Shown here: one piece after another, positions 1 to 8,374 of the stretch
Position numbering within the stretch: the stretch's first letter is position 1
Layout: each line of letters begins with the position of its first letter
Assembly (NCBI GenBank): GCA_016840035.1
Contig: JAEOTC010000220.1
Coordinates: forward strand, 1-19,810
Reading direction: 5' to 3'
Origin: Candidatus Hodarchaeota archaeon
GTDB lineage: Archaea; Asgardarchaeota; Heimdallarchaeia; Hodarchaeales; Hodarchaeaceae
DNA length: 19,810 nt
The notes under the pieces: model-generated
Databases searched by the model: none
Told to the model about the DNA's origin: nothing
The model's input: the letters and a program-made list of their open reading frames with translations, nothing else
Made by a program: the position numbers and the translations under genes

Positions 1-687
1 CAAATATGGAAAATCATGAATTCCGATATCGATTTTAACTTCTGTGGGAGCAACAAGAGATCCATTAACTGGTGTAAATTCTCCTGCAACATAGAATTGT
101 AGAGTAAACATCCCATCAACAGTTGATACCTTAAATAGATGAACTGTTGTATTAGACTCGGTTGAAGTTGAATAATCAATCGGTAGAAACTCCATATCTT
201 CAAAACTCAGTTTTTGCAATGATTCATCAACAGATTTATTATAAACTCCATCTGAGTCTACATCTATGTATTCTGTGATACTTTTGAATTTAATAGTGAA
301 TTCTAATTCGGTTTCTGTATTACCAACTTCCGATTCATATTCTAGTTTGAATTTTGGGTTATCGTCAACCGTGAATTTTACTTTTATTTCGTCTTTGTTT
401 TCGCCAGATTTTAATTGAGTCTTAATTTGAACAGAATATTCTTCTACTTCGATTTCGACCTCTCGTTCATTTTTTTCTTCAATTTCATCCTCAACTTCAT
501 CATCATCTGAGTCTTCAATTTCATCTTCCTCATCCTCGACCTCTGAGGTTTCCATTTCACTGAGATCGTCGCTTTCGTCATCTTCTGCAGCTATCATACC
601 TGTGAATCCTGTGGCAGGTAGAATAGCAGCAAAAATTATCCCTAAAAGAAGGGGTATTGCTAGGAAGGCAATTAAATGCCTTTTCAT
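1..687 (-). CDS. Secreted/surface-exposed acidic protein, partial (3' end runs off the window); not in the ORF track
   Basis: Manual translation from ATG at 687, open for 229 codons to the window edge: MKRHLIAFLAIPLLLGIIFAAILPATGFTGMIAAEDDESDDLSEMETSEVEDEEDEIEDSDDEVEDEIEEKNEREVEIEVEEYSVQIKT...YIDVDSDGVYNKS...TEVKIDIGIHDFPYL. It has a basic N-terminus plus hydrophobic stretch (signal peptide), a D/E-rich segment, a DxDxDG motif and N-glycosylation sequons NKS, NTT, NGS. Confidence 0.85.
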   Translation of the reverse strand, partial: MKRHLIAFLAIPLLLGIIFAAILPATGFTGMIAAEDDESDDLSEMETSEVEDEEDEIEDSDDDEVEDEIEEKNEREVEIEVEEYSVQIKTQLKSGENKDEIKVKFTVDDNPKFKLEYESEVGNTETELEFTIKFKSITEYIDVDSDGVYNKSVDESLQKLSFEDMEFLPIDYSTSTESNTTVHLFKVSTVDGMFTLQFYVAGEFTPVNGSLVAPTEVKIDIGIHDFPYL

Positions 688-987
688 ATAACTAAATATT
701 GTTATCATAGTGTATCACCGTTAAGAGTTGATATCTGAATTACTCAGAAGAGAGGGGTGGTATATAGATTGGCTTAAAATTTTCTGTAAAAGCAGAGGAA
801 ATCCATTTTTCAACCTCAAGAATGGGATGAATACGTTATTCGTAATAACGATGGGTGTATCAATTCTACCAAGAGTCTCAAGGGGCACGAATAGTAAAAA
901 TAAAGTAAAATTTGACCTTGATATCTACCCAGAGGGATATATGCACTAAAAATAGGAAATATAGGCTGAAAAATCTACTAAAAACAA

Positions 988-1512
988 TTATTTCTCTTTC
1001 AACCTAGCTTTAGTGTATTCTACCAAACCTCCAGCTTTGAAAATCAGAAGAGCCTGATCATCAAGCTTTGGAAAAGAGAATATTTCTTTATCGATTTTAA
1101 TTTCCCCTTTATCAAAATCTACATCAATTTTGATCATTTCTGAAAGAATTCTTTCCTTATTCTTCAGTACAAATTGAGAACATTCAGGTGATATTACCAG
1201 AGGAAGTGCTTGATTGATAGCATTTCGGAAATAAATACGAGCAAATGATCCTGCAATAATACAGCTAATTCCAGATGCTTGTAAACAGGTAACAGCTTGT
1301 TCTCTACTGCTTCCAGCACCGAAATTATTTCCAGCTACGATTATATCTCCTTTTTCAACCTTTTTAACGAACTCTGGGTCATAATCTTCCATGGCATGTT
1401 TGGCCATTTCCTCTGGAGAAAGTGGTTCATAAGTATAACGCCCTGGAAAGATCACATCGGTGTTAATATCATCCTCAGCGAAGATCCATAATTTTTGACT
1501 TGTAAAACGCAT
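988..1512 (-). CDS. hacB: Homoaconitase / 3-isopropylmalate dehydratase family small subunit (LeuD/HacB-like swivel domain); probably homoaconitase
   Basis: DDINTDVIFPGRY, GDIIVAGNNFGAGSSREQA, SFARIYFRNAINQAL and GGL motifs. Starts 3 bp after the large-subunit stop, with GAGGAGG upstream. Family assignment is firm; substrate (hacB vs leuD) is inferred. Confidence 0.85.
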   Translation of the reverse strand: MRFTSQKLWIFAEDDINTDVIFPGRYTYEPLSPEEMAKHAMEDYDPEFVKKVEKGDIIVAGNNFGAGSSREQAVTCLQASGISCIIAGSFARIYFRNAINQALPLVISPECSQFVLKNKERILSEMIKIDVDFDKGEIKIDKEIFSFPKLDDQALLIFKAGGLVEYTKARLKEK

Positions 1513-1515
1513 TTT

Positions 1516-2781
1516 TCATTCCTCCTCTGCAGTTATATAACCCGCCAACGCGGACTTTGCTACAGTAGCTGGACTAGCCAAATAAATACCAGTGTTTTCT
1601 TTACTTCCCATGCGACCTTTGAAATTTCTGTTTGCAGATGATATTGCTTTTTCTCCAGCCGCTATACATCCACCATATGCTCCTAAACAGGGACCACAGG
1701 CGGGAACTCCAATCTGACCTCCTGCTGCTATAAGTGTTTCAATTATCCCTTTTCGTGTGGCTTGAAGTAAGACATCCTGAGAGGCAGGATAAACCAACAA
1801 TCGAACCCCAGGGGGGATTGTCTTATCCTTCAAGATTTCAGCTGCAATCTCCAAATCATCTAACCGTCCATTTGTGCAAGTACCAATTAATGCTACATCT
1901 ATGTAAGTTTTCTCTAAATCTTCGATTGGTACCACATTATCAACTTTATGAGGTTTAGCAATACGAGGTGTTAAACTTGAGATGTCAAGTTCTAGTGTTT
2001 TAACATATCGTGCGTCTTCATCTGCAGTCATACGATCGTACTTAAATCCAAACTGTTTATTCCATTCATCGGTAACATTATCCACTGGGAATATTCCACT
2101 CTTTGCTCCCATTTCTGCGGTGAGATTGCTTAATGTCATTCGCTCACTTATAGAAAGTGTCTTGACTGCGGATCCATAAAATTCAACCGAATTATAGGTA
2201 GCTCCTGCAGCAGTAACTTGTCTAATAATATCTAAAATTATATCCTTTGCATAGACTCCCTTAGGTAACGAACCATTTAATATGATCTTAATAGACTCTG
2301 GAACCTTCAACCAAGTCTCCCCAATTGCCCAGACTGAAGCAGTTTCTGTTCTACCGATTGGAATACCAGCTGCACCGAATGCCCCATGAGTTGTAGTATG
2401 ACTATCACTGCCAAGAATAACTACATTAGGGGGTACATGTCCTTTTGCTGGTAAAACTTCATGACAGATGCCCGTACCACCCTCATAGAAGTGTTTTATC
2501 TGTTGATCCTTTACAAACTGTCTAATAACTTTGTGATTATCTGCTTTCACGGCATCAGGAGGAGGAACAGCATGATCCAATGCGATAAAGATCCTTTCTG
2601 GATCCCATACTTTTCCCTCTGACCCCACAATCTTGTGAAAGGTTTTAGAGATTGCAGCTGAGTTATCATGTGATAAAATTCTGTGAGGCGATACAAAAAC
2701 GATTTCATTTTCGATTACACCTTCTGATTCTTTTCCCGAAGCCCTAGCTAGTATTTTTTGGATAAGGGTTTGACCAACCAT
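1516..2781 (-). CDS. hacA: Homoaconitase / 3-isopropylmalate dehydratase family large subunit (LeuC/HacA-like, [4Fe-4S]); probably homoaconitase
   Basis: GQTLIQKIL, DH, GICHEV, DSHTTTHGAFG, IGTCTNG and CGPCLG (three cluster-ligand Cys), NRNFKGRMG, YLASPATVA. GAGGT RBS upstream. Family assignment is firm; substrate (hacA vs leuC) is inferred. Confidence 0.88.
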   Translation of the reverse strand: MVGQTLIQKILARASGKESEGVIENEIVFVSPHRILSHDNSAAISKTFHKIVGSEGKVWDPERIFIALDHAVPPPDAVKADNHKVIRQFVKDQQIKHFYEGGTGICHEVLPAKGHVPPNVVILGSDSHTTTHGAFGAAGIPIGRTETASVWAIGETWLKVPESIKIILNGSLPKGVYAKDIILDIIRQVTAAGATYNSVEFYGSAVKTLSISERMTLSNLTAEMGAKSGIFPVDNVTDEWNKQFGFKYDRMTADEDARYVKTLELDISSLTPRIAKPHKVDNVVPIEDLEKTYIDVALIGTCTNGRLDDLEIAAEILKDKTIPPGVRLLVYPASQDVLLQATRKGIIETLIAAGGQIGVPACGPCLGAYGGCIAAGEKAISSANRNFKGRMGSKENTGIYLASPATVAKSALAGYITAEEE

Positions 2782-2819
2782 AATCTTACCTCAGAAAAAG
2801 ATAAGAAAACGAGAGAAGT

Positions 2820-3986
2820 TTAAGTATTTAGGTTAAACCGTGAAACAGTCTCTGAGAGGTGATCAGCCAATTCAGTTAAATTTTCAGCTGAAGAGGCCAT
2901 CTGGTTCATCGCTGCTGTTTGTTCTTCTGTAGCAGCTGCAACCTGCTCGCTAGAAGCGCTAAACTCTTCAGACTGTGCGGAAAAACCCTGTAATGTTTCA
3001 TGTAATGTAGAGATATTCCCACCAATGTTTGTAACCATTCTATCTGTGAGATCTGAAATATCTGAAGCATTTGATCTTGTTTCTTCAGCAAGTCTTCTTA
3101 CATTATCAGCAACAACTGCAAAACCCCGCCCAAATTCTCCTGCTCGTGCTGCTTCAATAGCTGCATTCAGAGCTAGGATATTTGTCTGACTTGCAATGTC
3201 CTCAATTATTTGTAAGGTCGTTTCAACGTCCGCTAATGTTTGATCAACTATGTCAGATATTCTCTTTATGTCTTCCATTGTTCTTACCGATAATTCAGAC
3301 TGATTTGCTGCCCCACGACTGATTTGTTGGATGGTAGCTGCAATTTCCTCTGATAACGCATTGACTTCTGAGGATGTTGATGCAAGTTCTTCTGATGAAG
3401 CTGCTATTCGTGGAGCAGAATTTAGGACTGTTTCAATAATTTTAATTAAATAGTTCATTATATCATTTACTAGGAGCGCGATAGGTCCGAAAACGGAATC
3501 ACCAAGAGTTTCTTGAGCATTTAATCGCACAGAGAAGTCATTATTCTCGATTTTATCTTTAAGATCTTGAAATTCATTCAAAAACCGTTCCGTTAAGGCA
3601 AAGATGGCATTTACTGTACCTATCATGACTAAACAGATTATGACAATGGGTGTAATAGATTCAACACTCAGGATAAATCTTTCTGCAGACATTGCAGTAA
3701 CAATCATTGCAACTGAAGCGACACCCTGGACTATAATAATGATATGAAAAGATAATTTCAATCGATAATCATTTTTTCCAAGTTTTATGTATGCACTCCC
3801 CAATGTAATAGCAGAAACGGTTATTAGGATTGCAAAAAATGCCAACCAGTCAACAAAATCTATTGCTAAGTATTTTCCTGAACTTGCAGCCATAACTAAG
3901 ATGAGAAAGTAATAGGGAAGAATCAAGATCTCCAGATAATGAAACCATTTCTTATTTTTGATGAAATTCACTGTTCTTTCATACAT
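2820..3986 (-). CDS. Methyl-accepting chemotaxis protein: ~4 TM helices, degenerate HAMP, short signalling domain
   Basis: [42 protein letters not shown] hairpin; SEE/QQ/SEQ/TEEQ methylation-type pairs; four hydrophobic segments. ATG at 3986 is preferred over the ORF-track TTG at 4001 because GGTGA precedes it. Confidence 0.95.
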   Translation of the reverse strand: MYERTVNFIKNKKWFHYLEILILPYYFLILVMAASSGKYLAIDFVDWLAFFAILITVSAITLGSAYIKLGKNDYRLKLSFHIIIIVQGVASVAMIVTAMSAERFILSVESITPIVIICLVMIGTVNAIFALTERFLNEFQDLKDKIENNDFSVRLNAQETLGDSVFGPIALLVNDIMNYLIKIIETVLNSAPRIAASSEELASTSSEVNALSEEIAATIQQISRGAANQSELSVRTMEDIKRISDIVDQTLADVETTLQIIEDIASQTNILALNAAIEAARAGEFGRGFAVVADNVRRLAEETRSNASDISDLTDRMVTNIGGNISTLHETLQGFSAQSEEFSASSEQVAAATEEQTAAMNQMASSAENLTELADHLSETVSRFNLNT

Positions 3987-4050
3987 TCTTAGAGTCACCA
4001 AATATTGATATTAGTTTAATGTCACTGTTTCTAAATAAAGATAGGGAAAT

Positions 4051-4066
4051 AACAGAAAAAAAGGAA
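4051..4066 (-). terminator. Possible archaeal U-rich terminator after the upstream MCP
   Basis: Minus strand reads TTCCTTTTTTTCTGTT (T7 run) about 20-35 bp after the stop codon at 4086. Confidence 0.4.
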
Positions 4067-4085
4067 TAATTTTCACCATTTTTTC

Positions 4086-5243
4086 TTAAAGTTGAAATTT
4101 GGTTATGGCTACATTCAAATCTTCGCTTAATCGACTAAGTTCTTGGGCAGCACTTGTCATTTGATGCATGGAAGCTGTCTGTTCTTCGGTTGCAGCAGCA
4201 ACTTGCTCACTAGATGCACTGAATTCTTCGGATTGTGCAGCGAAACTTTGTAAGGTTTCCTGTAAGGTGACTACACTCCCACCAATGTTTTTAACGATGT
4301 CATCAGTTAATTCACTGATTCCTGACGCATTTTCCTTTGTTTCTTCTGCTAATCGACGGACATTGTCCGAGACAACTGCAAAACCCCTTCCATATTCCCC
4401 GGCCCGTGCAGCCTCAATTGCTGCATTTAAAGCTAAGATATTAGTTTGGCTGGCTATGTCTTCAATGACTTGCATTGATTCCTCGATATTTTGCAATGTT
4501 TGATCCACTGCTTTTGACATTGCTTGTACATTCTCTATTCCATGACTGGCTAAATCTGACTGACTTGAGGCACCACGACTGATTTGTTGAATTGTTGCTG
4601 CAATTTCTTCTGATAGGGCATTAACTTCTGTGGCAGTGGTTGCGAGTTCCTCTGAAGAGGAAGATAGATTTTCTGATGCTTTCTGTGATTCAGATATAAT
4701 TCTTGAAATATTTTCAGCCATATTCGTAAGTGCTTCCTCAACCATGCCGAATTCAGTTCCATAAGCAACTAACCCTTCATTTTTCACTGTTAAACTTCCT
4801 TGATCTATCTGATTTAGTCTTTTCTGCAAAGAGGTGAGAGGAGTCTGAACTGATCTAATTGTATAAATTACTAAGAAAACGGCGAATGAACCAATAATCG
4901 AGTAGATAATGAGAGTTATTGCTAACGTTTCTCCAGCCATCCTTGTTATTGCAGATGATAATCCGATTGCTGTTGCACTTAACGAGAAGCATAATGAAAT
5001 TCTAAAGTAGATACTCTGCTTGAAGATTAGACGTAGTCCGATTGAGAATACCACACCAATTCCGATGTTCATAATTAAACTTGTCTCCGTTGGTGTCGTT
5101 GATTCCATAATTTCGGCTGGTAAAACATTTGTTAGAATGATAGCAAAAATACCTAAGGTTACAGATACAACAAAGAATGTTGACAGGGTTTTTACGTAAT
5201 TTGGGTCGTTGAATACATTTATTTTTTCTTTTGTTTCGAGCAT
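4086..5243 (-). CDS. Methyl-accepting chemotaxis protein: ~4 TM helices, HAMP, short signalling domain
   Basis: HAMP ([18 protein letters not shown]...[12 protein letters not shown]); hairpin [39 protein letters not shown]; methylation helices; AGGGTGG RBS before the ATG. Confidence 0.96.
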   Translation of the reverse strand: MLETKEKINVFNDPNYVKTLSTFFVVSVTLGIFAIILTNVLPAEIMESTTPTETSLIMNIGIGVVFSIGLRLIFKQSIYFRISLCFSLSATAIGLSSAITRMAGETLAITLIIYSIIGSFAVFLVIYTIRSVQTPLTSLQKRLNQIDQGSLTVKNEGLVAYGTEFGMVEEALTNMAENISRIISESQKASENLSSSSEELATTATEVNALSEEIAATIQQISRGASSQSDLASHGIENVQAMSKAVDQTLQNIEESMQVIEDIASQTNILALNAAIEAARAGEYGRGFAVVSDNVRRLAEETKENASGISELTDDIVKNIGGSVVTLQETLQSFAAQSEEFSASSEQVAAATEEQTASMHQMTSAAQELSRLSEDLNVAITKFQL

Positions 5244-5316
5244 ACATTTCCACCCTTATTCGAGCTTGAGGGGAATTCGGTAAAAGAGTAATAACAATCA
5301 TATAATATATGGGTGA

Positions 5317-5345
5317 GGGAAAGAAAAGGGGAAAATTTGGAAAAA
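5317..5345 (-). terminator. Possible pyrimidine-rich terminator after the PAS/DUF835/HTH gene
   Basis: Minus strand reads TTTTTCCAAATTTTCCCCTTTTCTTTCCC downstream of the stop at 5410. Confidence 0.3.
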
Positions 5346-5409
5346 TTTGTTAATGTTTAACTGTAAAAGAGTGATGGAGATGTTCAACTATTATCTACAG
5401 TCATTGAAC

Positions 5410-7599
5410 TCATTCGGTTCTTGAGGTGAATGAACTTAATCCACGAAGAGTTAACTCTAATACTTTAGTCCGCCCTTTTTGATTCTCTCGAATATAACCA
5501 ATCGTCGTGAGCTGTTTGATTCGTTTTCTAGTAGTTGGCCTACTGATACCAAGTTGATTCGCAACCTGTGTATATGAAGGTTGAACTCCTTGACTATTAT
5601 TTGTATAAATAAATCTGATAATATCGAGTAAGTGTAATGGAATTTCAGCCAAAATTCTTGTTTCAACCATCTCAGTCTCTTTCTCTAATAGTGCTAGCTG
5701 GTGCGATGTTACCGTCTGTTCATCAAGCGAGAGTATAACGACCAGATTTAGGAATATGGCTATCTCTCTAGCCTTGTATATAAATTTGAGTGTTTCTTCA
5801 AATCCAAATTTCGCAATTAGAAAGTCTACTCGTTCTATCAAAGTAACACTTTTGGGAGGTAATGCTTTCATTCTAATTTCAATTTTATGAAATAACGAAT
5901 CATAATTATCACCCAACCCTGTTTCAGCTAACCAGATATATTCGTAAGATGCATCAAAAATTTCCCTATACTCATCTTCTGGGGTTCTAGACATAACTAA
6001 ACCTGAATATCCAATTCTTAGCAAATCTGCGAATACTTCACGTGAGAGAATCGGATCTGCCTCTTTAACCAGGTAAACCACCTGATCTTCAATTTTAAAT
6101 TTTAAAAGTTCTTGTTTCATCTTGTTTTCTAATGTCTTCGATTTAGTGACATCTCGCCAGATACTCCCAACCATATATCCAGATTGACTTTTAATAGGAA
6201 AAACATTGATTTGTACGTACTTCTGAGTGCCATCTCTTTGCATGATCTCGGTATCAATTGGCCTGGTAACCCACTCAGCACCCCCCACCATCAAGATATT
6301 CTTAAGACCATTAATGATGAGATTAAGAGACTCAGAATTTCGAAGATATTCAGGCATAAGACCATCATAAATCTCCCAGAAACTTGTACCAAAAGCTTGC
6401 TCATTTGATATACCAGTTAATTTTTCAATTGCTGCGTTCCATTCAACTATGCTCCCTTCTTCATCAATTAAGATTATTCCATCCCGAGAATAATCGATAA
6501 TACTTCGTGCTTTCTTTTCACTTTCTCGAATAGCAGATTCTACTTCTTTGAATTTAGTAACATCTGTGACAGAAACAAAAATTTTAGACAAAGAGTCCTC
6601 AAATCCAGGGACAACGAATATCTTAATGATTGTTTGAATTTTTTTCCCTGTGATTGTATACATCTCTCTTTCTCGTTCAATTACAGTTTCACCTTTAAGG
6701 AGATCAATAAAATCCTCACGAAAAGTAGCTAACTGGTCACCAAAAATTGAAATCTTATTCTGAAGAAGTTCCTCCTTACTCTTTGCCTCAAATAGTTCCA
6801 AAGTAGCAGTATTGACATTTGTTACTTTTGTACTCTCTGCAATTAGGTAGGGATTTTCTTCCAGATACTTACGAATATCTCTAATCCCTTCTTCTCTCAA
6901 CTTCATTACAAGCTTTTTCCCTTCGGAAAGATCGATTTCTCTCATAGATACAGGTGAATCTTCGAAGAGTCTTCTAAATCGGATTTCACTATCGATTAAG
7001 GCTTTTTCCGCATCTTTGATTATTGATATGTCAGTTATCGAAATTAATACCTTTGCTAACGTTTCTTCAAATCCCGGCACAACTAATGCCGTAAGAAGTA
7101 CATCTTTCTTTCTTCCCTTTAGGCTATATGCAACTGTCTCCTCTTCAAATCGTTTATTCCCTGATAAAAGCGCAAATAATAAGTTAGCAAAGCCAGAATG
7201 TTGGTCACTTCTAACCTGGGTGAACTTAGGTTGTTGGAAATCTTCTATCGTATCTGCTTCATATAAATCCAAAGCGGAACGATTTATGTTTACGAATTTA
7301 GCTTTACTCGTTAATTTATCTAACTCACCTGGATTACTTTCAATAAAATCATAAATATTGTAAATACTTGTCTTTTCCAGATGGTTACCGTATGTTTTTA
7401 CTTCAGAGAAGTCAACTTCGAGAAGAGCTGTCGGTGAATCTTGAAATAATCTTCTGAATTTCGCTTCACTAGTAACCAACTCTTCTTCGATCTTTTTCTT
7501 CTCTTTAATTTCCACTAATATTTCTTTTATTGTTTCCTTCATATCTTTTGGAATATCCTCTCTTTCCAAGAGATTTTCAAGATTCTTCATTTGGAACAT
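5410..7599 (-). CDS. One-component regulator: PAS-PAS-PAS + DUF835 (inactivated KaiC-like) + C-terminal winged HTH
   Basis: Three PAS entries (SEAKFRRLFQDSP, SEIRFRRLFEDSP, SEKKARSIIDYSRDGIILIDEEGSIVEWN) with DIS/DVT PAC ends. DUF835-type segment (VYLVKE...GYSGLVMSRT...YIWL...IERVDFLI..FGFEETLKF...LLEKE). wHTH (PSYTQVANQLGISRPTTRKRIKQLTTIGYI...GRTKVLELT). Confidence 0.85.
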   Translation of the reverse strand: MFQMKNLENLLEREDIPKDMKETIKEILVEIKEKKKIEEELVTSEAKFRRLFQDSPTALLEVDFSEVKTYGNHLEKTSIYNIYDFIESNPGELDKLTSKAKFVNINRSALDLYEADTIEDFQQPKFTQVRSDQHSGFANLLFALLSGNKRFEEETVAYSLKGRKKDVLLTALVVPGFEETLAKVLISITDISIIKDAEKALIDSEIRFRRLFEDSPVSMREIDLSEGKKLVMKLREEGIRDIRKYLEENPYLIAESTKVTNVNTATLELFEAKSKEELLQNKISIFGDQLATFREDFIDLLKGETVIEREREMYTITGKKIQTIIKIFVVPGFEDSLSKIFVSVTDVTKFKEVESAIRESEKKARSIIDYSRDGIILIDEEGSIVEWNAAIEKLTGISNEQAFGTSFWEIYDGLMPEYLRNSESLNLIINGLKNILMVGGAEWVTRPIDTEIMQRDGTQKYVQINVFPIKSQSGYMVGSIWRDVTKSKTLENKMKQELLKFKIEDQVVYLVKEADPILSREVFADLLRIGYSGLVMSRTPEDEYREIFDASYEYIWLAETGLGDNYDSLFHKIEIRMKALPPKSVTLIERVDFLIAKFGFEETLKFIYKAREIAIFLNLVVILSLDEQTVTSHQLALLEKETEMVETRILAEIPLHLLDIIRFIYTNNSQGVQPSYTQVANQLGISRPTTRKRIKQLTTIGYIRENQKGRTKVLELTLRGLSSFTSRTE

Positions 7600-7618
7600 A
7601 TTATAGTATTAGTTCATA

Positions 7619-7626
7619 GTTTAAAA
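7619..7626 (-). promoter_or_regulatory. Candidate TATA box for a leaderless or near-leaderless transcript of the PAS regulator
   Basis: Minus strand TTTTAAAC 20-27 bp upstream of ATG 7599; no RBS is visible before the ATG. Confidence 0.35.
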
Positions 7627-7671
7627 CCATTACAAATGAAGCTTCGGTATTAAGAAGAAAAGAAGAGATTT

Positions 7672-8217
7672 CTACTGGTATTTTATTCCCAATTCAATGG
7701 ATTTTGATTCTTTTTCCAGTAAACGCAAATATCGAGATTTTATGGCACTCGAATTCACTGAAATTAGTATAATTATTGATTTCAAATGTGCTATCTCACG
7801 TAGATTGTATACAAAATTAAGAGTATCTTCAAAACCATTTCTTGCGATTAGATTTTCCAATCTATCAACAAAAATGAAGTTACTTCCATCCAATCCGTTC
7901 ATTATTGACCCGAATGTCTTGTAGAACATTGAAGGTACAATATCCTGTGATATTCTATGTTCTTCTTGGAGGTCTACAAGTTCAGCAAATCTCTCTTTGA
8001 TATCTTCCTTTGTCTCTTTCGATATTATAATACCTTTATATCCCAAATATATCAATTCATTAAGAAGCAGGTAAGAAATAGTTGAACCTAGATCTGTCAC
8101 AAGATATAAATCTCCTGCTTTCAGGTTAAAATTCTTATATTGACAGATTTCCGGTTTTTTTTCAAGTTCAATTGGAGCTGAAGACTTAATTGATGTAAAA
8201 ATATAGGAGCTTTCCAT
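7672..8217 (-). CDS. Stand-alone DUF835 (inactivated KaiC/RecA-like) domain protein
   Basis: FNLKAGDLYLV...GYKGIIISK...FIFVDRLENLIARNGFEDTLNFVYNLREIA...LLEKE aligns by eye with the DUF835 segment of the neighbouring regulator. No Walker A. AGGTG RBS upstream. Confidence 0.8.
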   Translation of the reverse strand: MESSYIFTSIKSSAPIELEKKPEICQYKNFNLKAGDLYLVTDLGSTISYLLLNELIYLGYKGIIISKETKEDIKERFAELVDLQEEHRISQDIVPSMFYKTFGSIMNGLDGSNFIFVDRLENLIARNGFEDTLNFVYNLREIAHLKSIIILISVNSSAIKSRYLRLLEKESKSIELGIKYQ

Positions 8218-8374
8218 TCAGACACCTGGTAATAGAGACATAATCCTCTGTATGTAACAGATGTTCAAATATAAAATAAGGATAAGGAAAAAAATAGGGC
8301 AAAATACCAGAGAATATCTCCAAAAGTGAGAATTATTTCTCTTTCATATAGGGTTCAATGATTCGATTTGAAAA

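Noticed and set aside
440-590. TCATCT/TCTTC-rich quasi-repeats
   Set aside because: Explained by GAA/GAT/GAG codons of the acidic protein segment on the minus strand; not a CRISPR array or tandem repeat.
728-949. 73-aa plus-strand ORF between the secreted-protein gene and hacB
   Set aside because: TTG start, no RBS, no recognisable motif, and it occupies the likely promoter/terminator space. Probably spurious, though a small protein cannot be excluded.
2782-2819. Functional link between the MCPs and hacAB because the gap is only 38 bp
   Set aside because: The gap is pyrimidine-rich on the minus strand (possible terminator) and no pathway logic connects them; adjacency alone is insufficient.
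5382-5409. Inverted repeat GTTCAA-N16-TTGAAC after the PAS regulator stop
   Set aside because: A 6-bp stem with a long loop and a single occurrence is too weak to call as a terminator or operator.
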